In this document: positions 10,840-24,223 of the stretch, piece by piece
Layout: each line of letters starts with the position of its first letter
Position numbering within the stretch: position 1 is the stretch's first letter
Source of the DNA: Eledone cirrhosa
Lineage: Eukaryota
NCBI GenBank assembly: GCA_964016885.1
Contig: OZ024742.1
Span: 27,776,001-27,840,000 of the forward strand
Direction of reading: 5' to 3'
Length of the DNA stretch: 64,000 bases
Notes under the pieces: model-generated
What the model saw: the letters and a program-made list of their open reading frames with translations, nothing else
What the model was told of the DNA's origin: nothing
Databases searched by the model: none
Translations under genes and position numbers: made by a program

Positions 10840-13800
10840 CTATAGGCGCATGGTCAGAGTAGGCCCATTCACACGAGCCATTTTCGCCACATTCACCCAC
10901 CTTTTAGCAAATGTACTGGGGGGCAGCACTTCTCTTTCCACCCTCACCCTCCTTTCCAGGTGAAACTTGAAGAAGTTGATGAGGGATTGGCCGAAGAGAA
11001 AAGTGTCTGTCTTTAGTCCTTTCAACCTGGTCCACCATATAATCTCTTTCGCAACTGCCACCAGACAGAGGAAAATTTCCTGCTCTTCCTGACCTAAGGA
11101 AGGTGGCGGCTCGATCTTCACTATGGACTCGGCCGATAGCTGGATTCGTTCCACACGCGACAGTAGCTGTTCGACATAACTCCACAAGTCAGTAATGCAC
11201 GGACATTGGACAAGTGCGTGCAGAACGGTTTCGTTGTTCTGTGCGCATCTTGCGCAGGTCCGTCTGACAGCACTTCCGTGCCTGTAGAGTTTATCCCGAA
11301 CCGGCAGTGCCCCCCGGTAGCACTGCCAAGCGAGGGATTTCTGGAAATTGTCCATCGTCCCCGGCTCAAAAGTCCTCCGGTACAGACTGGTCAGTTCGAC
11401 TTCGTCGAGGCCCAAAGCTTCTCCGAGTGCGTCATCGCACTTGCCCACCACTAATCCTCTATAGAACTCGAGAGTGGAAGTTCCACTGATCGCATTGCCC
11501 GCTTGGTAGAGGGCAGTGAGTGCCTGGCAACATTCCAGGTGCCAGTCACCCAGTCTCGGTCTCTTCTTGACCCAGGATTGCAGCTCAGTCAAAGAAATGA
11601 GCTGCGGAAAGGCCCGTCTCATAAATGGCGACCACACCTGTTCACCATTGAGGCAGAATATCTGGAGATGTCGCAGCCTCAACGCATCTCTGCGCATCAT
11701 TAGCCACGGCATGCCCAGCCCTCCGCGTAGAGGGTGCTGGCAGCAGATGGACCGCCTCACCAACGGAACTTGTCCCCTCCACAAGAATTTGAAGAGGAGC
11801 CGTTCCAACTTGACGAGGCGCGGATGGGGGAAAGGCACGATGGTTAGGCGGTAGTAGATGACGGACGCAATGTACGCATTCGCCACCTCCGTGCGACCTT
11901 TCAGTGATAGCTTCCTCCCAGCCCATTTTTGGGTGAGACTGGCTACTCCGCTCGTTACCTCGTCCCACTTCTTTTCCACCTGGAGGTCTGGTCCGAACCA
12001 AACCCCGAGCAACTTTACCGGACCGTCCGTCCAGCGCCCCACGGCGCTTTTGGACGGCATGAGCTTGCCTCTCCAGGTTCCGAGCTGCAAGCCCACCGAC
12101 TTTTCCGGGTTAAGTTTGGCTCCTGTCAACCTTTCATCTTCCTTCAATAAGGTGCCGACCACTTCGATTTCTGAGGTGTTCGACACCATCACGGTGATGT
12201 CGTCCGCATAAGCCGACACCGCCTTTCCACGTCCCGGTTCGAGCGGGATGCCCTGCAACAGCTCCAGCTTCCGCAGTAAAGGCTCGAGAGTCAATACGTA
12301 CAGAAGGGAAGAGAGAGGGCACCCTTGACGGACCGATCGGGAGAGCCGAAATGGTTCTGAGAGGTGGCCATTAACCTTGACCACCGAGCGTGTGCCGCTG
12401 TGCATTGCAACGATCCAGCTTCTAAAGACAGGGCCGAAGCCAGCTGCTTTGAGGACAAACTCCAGATACCGATGGTCGACCCTATCGAATGCTTTCGATT
12501 GATCTGAATTGATCAGTGCCCCACCGAAGCCAGGTTTACACCCTACCCTCTCTATGATGTATCGCATGAGGTGGAGATTGTCGTGTATGGACCTGGCTGG
12601 GATTGCGCAAGTTTGCGCATCCCCAACCAAATCCTCGACGACAAGCGCCAATCTCTTTGCTAACACCTTGGCCAAAATCTTAAACTCTGTGTTGAGCAGA
12701 GTTATGGGCCTGAAGTTGTCTAATGTATCCCTCTTGTTCTCGTCTTTCCTTATCAGCGTCACCACTCCCCTGTTGACAGAACTGGGAATACTCCCATTCT
12801 GCTGCCAGTTGCAGTAGAGTGTTTCGAGGAGTTCGGAGAACAAGTCTGGCATATTTTTGTAAAGCTCGTAGGGGCAGGCCATCCAAACCGGGTGACTTGC
12901 GCCTCATGCAGCCGACAAGGGCATCCTGAATTTCGGCTGAAGTAATCGGCCTTTCGCAGTGCTCAGCGTCGACCATCGAGGTGCGCGGCAAGCCGTCAAG
13001 GTAGGGACTGAAATCCGCTACTCTCTCTGACTCGCCACTTTCCCTGAACAACCGAGCAAAGTGCTGGCGAAAGGCCTCACACATCCGTTTGGAATCGCTT
13101 ATATCGTGTCCGTCTCGGTCCGCTAAAGACCGAATTGTGGTTTTATTACCACGCTGCACCTCTACCACGCGGGCCCATCGAACAGCTTTAGTTCCCTCGT
13201 TTCTCAGCACACGCGCCTTAGCTCTGACAATGCAACCTTCGTGTTTGGCATTGAAGAAATGGTCTAATGCCATTCTCGCCGCTAGCACGTCAGTTGCGAT
13301 GCCACTACAAATAGCCTCGTCTAACTTATCTACCAGCTCCCCCTCCTTTCTATTTTTCTCTAACGCTAGTTCTTTGCTGAACTCTATCGAAGTTACTCTA
13401 ATCTCTCTTTTGGGAGCCCCCCACCATCTGTTGTTGATGATCCCCCCTGTCAACTTTTGCTTAACTAAATTGTTGACTCGGTCCCTGTAAGCCTTATGTG
13501 CCGGAAATGACATGTTCAGCTTCCAGTAACCCGGTCCTAACCTATGCGTTTTATTTAGGCCGACCGTACAGATCACAAATTTGTGATCTGAATAGGCGAC
13601 CGTTTTAAAAAGTGGACAGCCCACACTATTTCTATCTATTTTCCTAATGAAGATCCTGTCTATATACAATCTAGATGACCCCATTCGGTTGGTCCATGTC
13701 CATACTGGCACATTGGGGAAATCTAGTCGATACCTGTCAGACAGTTGGAACTGGCTGAGTAGGTGCTTGAGGCTTTTGCACCCCCCGCTCCTATCGGTTA

Positions 13801-14263
13801 CTCCCACACAATCCCAGCGTGCGTCTAAGATGCCATTCCAGTCCCCCGCTAACAGTAAAGGGCGAGACGTACCCATAAAGGTCTCCAGGCGCCTAAAGAA
13901 GTCAGGTCGTCCAGCCCCTGTAGGGGCGTAGACGGCCAGCAGTCTAAAGGTACCACCTTCGCTACTGCTCACATCCAAGACCACCAACTTACCGTCCGGG
14001 TCCCGGAAGATCGACCTTACCTCGAGATCCAGTCCTTTCCTAAACAGCACTGCCACCCCACCCCCCATTCCCGGCCTGCTAACAGATGCGAAGATCTGAT
14101 AGTCATCGAAAATGGGGGCTAGTGCGCGCGTGTCGGAAATTCTGGTCTCGCTTACGCCAATCACATCCATTTCCAGCGACCGGAGGTCGTTGAGCAGGCG
14201 ACCCTGCTTCCAGGGTGACCCCAGCCCGCGAACATTTAAACTTCCTACTCTTAATATGGCCAT
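10840..14263 (-). pseudogene. Tx1-like ORF2 (APE endonuclease + RT + CCHC), frameshift near 12875
   Basis: SLNVRGL, SETR, VYAP, GDWN, IDRIF, SDH; KSPGLDGLP then frameshift to YELY; RPITLLNTEFKILAK, RQGCPLS, YADD (12199-12210), CARC-x8-H-x4-C. Confidence 0.93.
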
Positions 14264-14272
14264 ATTGGTAAG

Positions 14273-16238
14273 CTAAGAGAGAGAGAGGGAAGGTTTACTT
14301 ACCTCCCGGGTCTTGTGAAGGTCGGGTGGTTCGACCTCCATGGTTGGTGGGGTTTCTTTTGGGAACCCCTTTAAAAGTCTTGATGTGGGTTTCACATTCG
14401 GGGTTCCCACGTCTTGAGGAAAGCTCTCTCGAATTTCTTTAAAGGAATTGAGTGACATTCGGACCAGAAGCAAATCTTCTGGCACGCAAAATGTGCTCAT
14501 TTCAAAAATCTCCCCCTCTGTTTGAATGTCCTCGCTTCGCACTAAGAGGGCCATCAGTTTATCGTTTGCCCTACTGACAAGCACAAAGTTTTTAACATTT
14601 TGTTGGTGTGGTTTTATTTGTTTTCGTTTTGGTGAAGGTGGTGGCAATGGTTTTGGTGGTGTTGTTTCGGGTATGTCTATGTTTGTTGCAGGTGTGGTGT
14701 CTGCAATTTCAGGTATTTGTGTGTTTATTTGTACTTGTGTTTGTTTAGGTTGTTTGCGTTTCGGGGATTGTGGAGGTGGTGTCGATGTAGCTGTTGGTGA
14801 TGATGTTATTGGGGAAGTGTTTGCGTTAGTGGTGTCTGTATTTTTTGTTGTGTGTGTTTTCGTGTTTTGTTGAGGCTTTTTTTTGTGAGTTTTTTCTGTT
14901 TTTTTGCACTTTTGGGTTTTCCTTCATCTTCGCTGCTGGAAGACAAAGGGGCTGTGTCTGTCAGTGTCTCTGTGTCTGTGTGTGCGTTTATTGTTTTGTC
15001 TATGTGTATAATTGGGGGGTAGGGGGAGTGGGCGAGCTTTCCTCGTTTTCTCCTTGGATTGGTTTTGGTGTTGGTGGTGATCCGGCTGTTTTTGATGTTG
15101 GTGTCCGTGTTTTTGTTGGTGTTGTTTTTGGTGGTGGTGGTGGTCGTGCAGCTTTCCGTGCTGACACTGGTGTTGGCAACAAAGGAGGTTTGCGACCCCC
15201 TGCATTTTTGCGCTGAGGGTAGAAGGCTTGAAGATGCGTTGCTTCCCCGCAGACGAAGCAGCGTGGCCTTCTTCCATCAATCATTAGTTGGATTGTTGTC
15301 CCATCCTGCAGGCGGGCAAAATCCGGGATGTTATTCATATCCTCCGGTTTCATTTGGAGAAGAATCTCCAAATCCATTCCGGACCAGTCCTCTCTCTGTG
15401 TCCTTTTGATGTCTAGGAGGGCAGTGTCTGTCCCCTCCTCGATTACGCATCCCAGCAGCCACCATATGTTCATTCCTGGTGGGATGCTGGGAATGCGTAC
15501 CTTCACTGTCCTTTTACCCATATAGGACGGATGCATGATAATGCGTTCCGTTCTGCAGGGGGTCACCGAGTGCTTAATAGCGAGGGCCTCGGTTTTGAAC
15601 AGTACCGAGATGGTACCGAACTGTTTGCCTCTTGCTTTGTACTCTGTGTTACTTCCGATGTACTCCAAAGCAGCCTCTAGCTCTGCTTGGCTGGCAAGTT
15701 CCACTTTTCGTGTCTGCTCCGAAATACATCGAAAGAGCACCATCCTCCTTTGCATGGCCGCTATTGCCTCGTCCGAGATGGTCAGGTTTGCCCAGGACTT
15801 CTCCCATTTAATTAGCCTCCACGCTTTGGCCAACTGTTCGTCTTTATCGCTAATATTAATATCAATATTCAATAAGCACTTTGTTTTTGCTGCTGCTGCC
15901 GCAAATGTGGTGTTTCTGATGCTCTTATTGTTGTTGTTGTCATTCTTGCTGTTGCCACCGCCATCCTTGTTTACATTGAAGCTGTCGGTGTTATTGTCGT
16001 TATTGCTCCGAGTTGTTGTTGTGGTGGTGGTGGTGGCAGTGGTGGTGATGTCGTTTTCAGATGATACTGCTGCTATGGCAGAAGGTTGTGATGGTAGCTT
16101 TTTAGTTTTGCCTTCACATTCAGTAGAGTGGATGACAGGCATGACTGTAGCCGTCGTAGTCGTGGTGAAATCTACAGTGGCTGCCTTTAAACTTTTGACT
16201 TGAACGTTGTTTACCGTTTCAAGGTCGAAAATTTCCAT
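14273..16238 (-). pseudogene. Tx1-like ORF1 (nucleic-acid binding), broken by stops/frameshift at ~14850-15000
   Basis: ORFs 15000..16238 and 14273..14647; knuckle CFVC-x4-H-x4-(C>Y); Pro/Thr-rich linker; ends ~10 nt before the ORF2 ATG. Confidence 0.8.
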
Positions 16239-17106
16239 AATTTTCTTTTGGTGGGGAAGCGATTTTTTTCGAAGTTTTTAAAAATAAATCTGAATATTCG
16301 GGCTTAAAGCCCGAATATTGAGAGGTATCCCTCTCTTTAAATCAAGATGTGTACCTTAAGTTTCGTTAACGAGAAGAAAATACAAAAAAATGACACTTTA
16401 AAACAGCTTAAAGTTACGAACCTTTTCCCCCGCAGACTTGTCTGTCTTCACACATGTGCGGCCATAATAATAATAATAATAAGAAGAAGAACACAAACAC
16501 TAAAAACACAAATAATTACAAATAAAAAGGGATATATCAAACAGATTTTTCGGCCTCTAAATTTTGCAGCTACATTGATATTTAAAAAAAAAAAGCAATA
16601 ATTATAATAATAATAATAATATTAATAGTAATAATAATAATTAATAATGAAAATAATTATATTATTATTAGGCAACGTTTTGTGTTTAGATAATGTTTGG
16701 GCTGTAATATATATATACATATATATATATATGTATTTATACAATAGTTAGCTCATACTAAGGACTTACCAGTGGATGTCTTCTCTTTGTTGCTGGGGTG
16801 TTCCTTGGGCTGTTGTTTTCCTCCAAGATCAGGTAAAGTTAATATAGAAAGGATTATTTTTGATTAAAAGGACAATCTACATTTATTGGAAATTTTTCGT
16901 AACAAAATGTTTATCTCACCACTGTTTGTTTTTCTGCTTCTTGTTGGTTTTGTTTTTGTTTTTTTAATATTTTGTCTTTTACACTTAGGAGCAAATAATT
17001 AACATAATGTTCTTAACAAAATTATGTTATATATTGTTATATATATGTTATATATATTCCTTTTGTATATATGTATGTATATGTGTGTGTGTGTATATAT
17101 ATATAT

Positions 17107-17560
17107 CATCATCATCATCCTCAACATTGTCATAATCACATTAACATCCATTTTCCATGCTGGCATGCATTGGATGGGTTGTCACAATTTAAGACCAGAC
17201 AACTCAGAGCAGCATCTGTGTACTCACATGTTCCATATTTGGCATGGTGTCTATGGTTGGATGCTCTTCCCATTGCCAACCATCTTACAGAGTGTACCGG
17301 GTGTGGTTTATTGTAGCAACAACATTACCATCTTATAGAGTGTCTAAGCACATTTTATCAAGACACACGCACTACCACTTTACAAATGAACTGCATGTTG
17401 TTTTGTCATGGCACCAGCAACCTTTTACAGGATTGGCTAAGTATGTTTCATTGTAGCAACATCATTACCTCTTTACAGAGTGAACTGGGTGCATTTTATT
17501 ATGGCACCAGAACTAAAACTTAACAGAATGAACTGGGAGTGTTTTACCATGGCACCAACA
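17107..17560 (-). mobile_element. Old RTE-type 3' UTR with several subrepeats
   Basis: (CAT)n tail, ggatgctcttcc motif, repeated ttacagagtg...ggg units. Confidence 0.6.
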
Positions 17561-17592
17561 CACATTCATATATATATATATATATACACACA

Positions 17593-18155
17593 CATCATCA
17601 TCATCATCATCGTTTAACGTCCATGTTCCACGCTTGCATGGGTTTGGACGGGAGTTTTCCCACTTGAGGCAAGAGTGGTTGTCATTGCTCGCATAGGACT
17701 GTCTGGCGGGTTTTCTACAGCTGGATGCCCTTCCTAACACCAACCACATTTACAGTGTGGGGCTGGGAGGTTTTTACCGTGTTGCCTACACGGCCACATT
17801 ACAGCGTGGACTGTGTGTTTTTTTGTCGTGACACCTACACGATCTCATTTGTTTCGGCCTGGATGTTGTGGCACCAACATAACTTTACATTGAAAGGGGC
17901 GGTGTGGATGGGGTGGGAGAGGTGGGACAGGGGTGTATTTTGTTAGAGATGCCTACTGACTGTAGTAGGTTTTACTTTGTATTTAGGTAAGGCTGGTCTT
18001 CTCTGTTACTGAGTACCGCCAAAGGTCTCGGTCCAGTGACATTGTCTTGGAGAGGTGTAAGTGTGTGAGGTCGGAATTTATCAGCTCGTCCCAGGTTTTT
18101 CTGGGTCTGCCTACTCCGTGGCTACTGTCTATCTTTATTGCCCTGCACTTTGTTA
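17593..18155 (-). mobile_element. RTE family A 3' fragment
   Basis: TKCRAIKID...GRPRKTW...DRDLWR plus UTR and tail. Confidence 0.93.
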
Positions 18156-18170
18156 CGTCTATATATATAC

Positions 18171-18265
<95 letters not shown>

Positions 18266-18280
18266 TGTATATATATATAT

Positions 18281-18327
<47 letters not shown>

Positions 18328-18797
18328 CATATACAGATAGCAGTTATATGATCACAGCTTATTAAAAACATCTTATAATGAGGCTAATAGGATGTATATT
18401 ATACATAAATATATCCTATATGCTTTAAAGTACAACCTCATCATGAATAACACTATGTCATTGCTTATACTACTGCTTACTAATTTGAACCAGCCAGGTG
18501 TTGCATTGTATGCAAATGAGCATCATCAGCTGATGTTCATAAACAAAAAACTATGAGCTTTCAGTAAATTTCTTCTCAACAACAAAGAGGTAGGTTCCTC
18601 AAAAGAAGTATAATAATCCAGAAACAGTGCTGTTGGTTTCTCTCGTTTTGTTGCTGAGATAGTGGCGACATGAACTCAGCTCATAAAAAAATTTCATTGA
18701 GGTTAAAAGAATGCTTGTTATATATAAACATATTGTATGCCTCCAAATTCAACCCTGTATATATTCATATACCTACTATACACACACACACACACAC

Positions 18798-18875
<78 letters not shown>

Positions 18876-18907
18876 ATGCATGTGTATATATGTATATATG
18901 TATATAT

Positions 18908-19017
18908 CAGTCCTATGCGAGCAAGACAACCACTCTTGCCTCAAGTGGGAAAACTCCCATCCAAACCCATGCAAGCATGGAACATGGACGTTAAACGATG
19001 ATGATGATGATGATGAT
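18908..19017 (+). mobile_element. RTE family A extreme 3' end
   Basis: Matches 2558-2670. Confidence 0.88.
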
Positions 19018-19194
19018 AGATAGCAAAAGTGAAATTATATATACAAAGCTTAAATGTATGTAGAGAATTACATATGATAGTTTATAATTGCCACCTAGCT
19101 TTAAAATTAGCTCAATGTGTTTATATTTTATATTGGTCTAAATAAAATATATTTTAGGGAGAAATGCTAGGAAAGACAGACATAAAGACAGCAA

Positions 19195-19368
19195 ATATAT
19201 TCAAATATATAAATGGAAAAATTACCTTTTAAAAATTTTGTAATTCCTTACACATGTTTCTGGTAGTTGTACATTAAATTATTTGAATAATTTAATGTAC
19301 AACTCTCTTGAAACATGTATAAGGTGTTATTTTAAAGGTAATTTTTCCATCTATAAATTTGACTATAT
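19195..19368. repeat. Imperfect palindrome with hammerhead 3' half (GAAA-CATG-TA)
   Basis: Centre gttgtacattaaattatt-tg-aataatttaatgtacaac; outer arms ggaaaaattaccttt/aaaggtaatttttcc. Confidence 0.7.
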
Positions 19369-19969
19369 ATATATATAGGCATGGCTGTGTTGTCATGATG
19401 ATTAATTTGACCCATGTGGTTTCAAGTGTCCAGTTTTAATTACACTCTGTGGAACCTTACACATATGCATTCTACTTACAGCTGGTCCAGGTTTTTTTTA
19501 GTGGAATAAGTACCAAGCTTAAAATATAAAGTATGTATGAGCATCAGTAGAATGGTGCCTCAAAGGTACTCCCCTACAATCCATGCCATCATGAGTATGT
19601 GTGTGTGTGTGAAGAGGATGATGAAGAAGTCAATGTATCTTTCTGTGGGTGTATGTGCGTTTGTAGGGTCATGCTTCTGAGAAACTTTCTTAGAATTTAT
19701 TTTTACATTTGTCAGAAACACAATGTAAGAATGTTTATCATTATCATTAGTGTTAGAATTAATATTATTATAATTATTATAACTGATTATTTGGTCGTAT
19801 ATTTGTAGTATCAATATAATAATGGACAAAATGCTTCGCTCTACATATGTCTTCCTATGCTCTGAGTTCAAATACCAACGGAATCAATTTTGTCATTCAT
19901 CCTTCTGGGAATCAATATATGTGGCCTTGAGCCTTTGTCAGGAATCATCATCATTATTATTATTATTAA

Positions 19970-20157
19970 GGGCGGTGGATTGGCAGTATCGATAGAGGGT
20001 CAGACGCCATGCTTTGACGCATAGAGTTACGGCCCTTGCCATTCTGAGTTCAAATCCCGCCGGAGTTAACTTTGCCTTTCATCCTTACGGGGTCGATAAA
20101 ATAAAGTACCAGTAATGCACTGGGTAATTGCTGGCCTTGTGCCAAAAGTAGAAACTA
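19970..20157 (+). mobile_element. SINE family 1, full length, in (ATT)n
   Basis: Same layout as 7145-7378; (TAT)n on both flanks. Confidence 0.9.
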
Positions 20158-22720
20158 TTATTATTATTAGAGTAGTAGTAGTAGTATGTTTCAGTTATAG
20201 GTGGTAAAATCAGTAGAGCACACACACAAATTCCATCCAATATTTTATTACACTTTTGTATATTCTGAATGAAAATCTCCCTGCATTCAAATGCTAGACC
20301 TTCTACCAAATCAATATTATACTTTATTATCAAACTTTTATCAGAATAATAATTATTGTTAGTATCATTAATGGTACTAGTGTTTTTAGTTGGTTACAAG
20401 GGCCCTCAACATTGAGGAGGTTTCAAGGAAAACAATACAAAACAATTGGTGTTTACTTCCAGCAAAACTGGATTTAACCTTGGAGAGGCTTTGGGCTGTA
20501 TAAACCTAGAGAGCCCCTAGTCGAAAGATTTCATTAGGACACTAGTTAAAAGGTTTCATGATAAGATCTCCCAAACATTGAGAGCCTGCTAAACAAACGG
20601 TTCTGAGTACTCCTCAGAGACATGACAACATTCCTAGTGTAGCTGCCACTGTAAACTATATCAGATACACTCAGTAGAGTAAGCAAACATATGTAAGTGA
20701 AATGTGTCCCTGAGCCTGTCTGAGAGGTCAGTAGTTCTGATTACATGCTAATTTTGTCTGTGTTGACCTAACTAATGCTTGCTAGCAAGGAAAACAGGTA
20801 TAAAATGATGATGAAGATGATGATTATGATATACCTTCTAATTATTTTGAGGCTCTAAGCAGTATGTTGTTCAAATCTGGGCAGACATCAAGTAAAAGGG
20901 AAGACACAAGGTCAAAACTATGAGACAGTACAGTCAACTAAATCAGTATCAGTACTTAGCAGAGACTTATGATAAACAAATGACTCAGTGACCGTATCTC
21001 TATCAATGAGCTGATCAACATTGCCAAGCTTAAACCTATCACATCAGTTATCAAGTCATATCAACAGATCAACTTATTCCTTGAAAAAAAGCTAGCCAGT
21101 CAGGGAAGTGAAGGTCGACAGCCAAAACACAGGCTTGATAATGTCAACTTATGGATGGGACTTGATCTTGGCTCTTTAAAATCTGCTATTGGTGATTGAA
21201 CTTTGTGGAGAAGAATATCTCATATTGATGTGCAGTCTGCAACAGGTGGACTGAACATCTAGGAAGGAACTTGACTGTTTAAAAAAAATCTATTACACTT
21301 ACCCCCACCCCACAGAAGGAAGAAACATGAAATATTGACATTGGTGAGATTTGAACTCAGAATATAAAGAGATGTAAAATGACATTTGGTTGAGCACTCT
21401 ACTAATAGTCCCACCTATAACTCTAACACAATAATAATGATAATTATAACAACAATAATAATGGTTTCAAGGCCAACAATTTGGGGGTGGGGAAAATTGA
21501 TTAAATTGCTCCAAATGCATTACTGGTATTTTGTTTTATCAACCCTGTAAGGATGAAAGGCAAAGCTAAATTCAGTGGGATTTGAACAAAATGCAACTCT
21601 ATGCCACAAAGAATGTTGTCCGATGCTCTACCAATGCTGCCAATCCACAGCCCTTGTATAATTATAATAATAATAACAATAATAATAATTGCTGACAAAG
21701 GTACAAGGGCACATATTTTGAGGAGGGAAAGTGTTGATGAAATCAATCCCAGCATATGACTGGTACTTTATTTTACTGACCTTGCAATAGATTAGATGAC
21801 CCTTGTGTGAATTAAACTTTGAACATGACAAGGAAACTAAATAGTGCATAGCATTTTGTCCAGCACTCTACCAATCCTACCAACCAATAATAATAATAAT
21901 AATAGCAATAACAACAATAATAATCATTGAAATAATGGTTATAATCTCCTCTCTATTGGCTACAGGGATATCAATTTATTTCTTAATTCATAATTATAAT
22001 TTATTTCTCAAATAATATCAATATTAATAATAATTATTATTATTACAATAGAAACTTATTTCTAAGCTGAAGTTTTAAATTAATCAGATTAAAATTACAT
22101 CATTATTTTTTGTGTGTGTGTGTATGAGCAATTACAATAATAAAACTTAAACAAAAAAAAAAAAAGGAAGCGATTTTGTGAGGTGAGATGTGGGTGTTTT
22201 GATTTCAAACAAAACTAAATCTTATTTTCTGTAAATTTCTCTTTTTTGTCTGCGTCTAATATTTTGTCTAGCTATAATACAAGTTTGTGTATTCTGAGCT
22301 GTCTTCTCTGACTAATTAAGAAAAGGAATTATACTATTTTATCCAACCTGTTCAGATGTCAACACAAACAATGCTAAGAAGAGTTGCTTCTTGTCCCACC
22401 AAAAGCTTTGCCACCAATGAAGACATCACTTGTCATAGGTTCACATCTATTGCTAACAGTAACCATAAGCTTAACCCAACCAACCATCTCTTCCTCCATT
22501 CTTCTATCTCTGTATATATTATATATGTATGAAAAATGGCGTGCTGCGTGGTTGCACATGGGTTACATATGAATAAAATGGGTCCTTCATCAGTGATCTT
22601 CCAGCCTTCATTGGCATTTCTTCGCTTTAATGATCATATACCTCTGGTTGGTGCGCGCAATAACTAAAGAAAGTTATTGGGACACGTAAAATAGGGTGAT
22701 GCAAATATATATATATATAT

Positions 22721-22900
22721 ATCTTTATTATATATAGAAAATACTTCTACAAAACTAGAATTGTTTCATTTGTATGAAATCAGTTCTAGTCCTGTAGAAG
22801 TCATTTCTATATATAATAGAGATGCCTATATTCTACCAAATGTATTGAGTATTTTTTTTTAACTGTGGTTACCTCTGGACACAACTGAAGAATCTAGATA
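22721..22900. repeat. Palindromic Penelope-like mini-element (arms 22721-22823) followed by GTATTGAGTA
   Basis: atctttattatatatagaaa...tttctatatataatagagat; same architecture as 6818-7033. Confidence 0.6.
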
Positions 22901-22935
22901 TTATATATATATATATATATGGTGGACCAAAGCCG

Positions 22936-23036
22936 CAATACATAGGAAAAGTAATTACATTTTTAAGTTTCCGTATTTATTTATTTTTTAACATGCTCTT
23001 TTCTAATAAAAACAATTATTTTTCCTATGTATTACG
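22936..23036. mobile_element. Small MITE-like inverted repeat
   Basis: cgcaatacataggaaaagtaatt / aattatttttcctatgtattacg. Confidence 0.5.
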
Positions 23037-24006
23037 ACTGTGTATATAAATATATATTTATTTAATCTGCTTTTCTGAAAGTGTTGCTATTTATCAGTAG
23101 AAGTATGCAAACCCTCCACTTGTCACTTTTCTCTATCAACTCTTTTTTCGTAGACAGTGGAGGTGAACAAGTGAAAGTAAAGTAAGATTTCTTTTAATTC
23201 TTTCTAAATTCTTCATTATTAAGTCTTCAAATGACTATTCTAATGACTTCTAGCCAAGGAAGTTATCATATGTGGAGTGGATATCCTATCTAATATATAC
23301 ATACATATAAACGTACATATATATTCACACATATGCAAACACACAAAATCAATGGGATAGTCAAGGTTGGATCACCATTTCATAAAAGTTCTGCTTGATC
23401 ATGCTGTTCTTAGGATAAGCAACTCACACGATTATTTCTACCATAATCACCACCACTGGCAAGATGTTGTATATCAAACTGTACGATATTCAAGTTCACT
23501 TGAGGCTAAATAACAACATAGCTATTTCTACTATAAACTCTACCAACACCATACTCAACTGTCATATTCTATATTCAACTATTTATAAGATATCACCCAA
23601 CCATAATCTCTACCACTAAATCTAATAGTTATGCATTCTATATGGGAGGGGGTAGGTGTATTGATCAACAAAATCCCAAACATCATTCACTTACCGAGTG
23701 GAATGGAACTCCTCAAATGGGACCAAGGAAACAATGTTTCCATGAGTCTTTCCATTGCTGATACTTTCTACTGGTCACAACTCCTGGTAGAAGGAGCAAT
23801 GTGAAATAAATTGTCTTGTTTAAGGGCATAATGCATTAGCCAGTCTATGAATCAAACTCCCAAACTCATGATTATGTATCCAAATCTCTAACCACTAAGC
23901 CACGTGCATTCTATATACTACAACATATATATTTCCCTGTACATATATCCTGTCATAAATGCTGTAGAAATTGCCTCTCATGGAGCATCTGGCCTCGTTT
24001 CTTTAA

Positions 24007-24223
24007 CCCTTTAGTATTTACATTACTCTATATTTACTATTGTATTTTCATGGTAAGGGCTTTATCTCACATGATATCGCACATAATATTGAATCTCTGA
24101 GATTTTGATATTTATTTTGAGAACAATACCTTAACATCAGTATAAGCAGTTGGTTACAACCAGTTTGAATAGAAAGAGATGAGAGAATACTGGCCAGATA
24201 TGGCTGGTTTAAATGCTGAAGTG
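24007..24223 (-). mobile_element. piggyBac-type MITE
   Basis: TTAA-CCCTTTAGTATTTA ... TAAATGCTGAAGTG-TTAA; homolog at 45387-45607. Confidence 0.75.

Larger units (their letters stand above)
10562..16463 (-). mobile_element. Tx1/L1-group LINE, near full length (~5.9 kb), disrupted
   Basis: 5' UTR, ORF1, ORF2 (APE-RT-zinc knuckle) and 3' UTR; (TAA)n at both ends (10546-10561, 16464-16482). Confidence 0.93.

Noticed and set aside
22340-22670. Candidate host exon in higher-complexity sequence
   Set aside because: No convincing frame, domain or splice pair; may be a very old LINE relic like ~21030-21250, 31690-32070 and 33460-33900.
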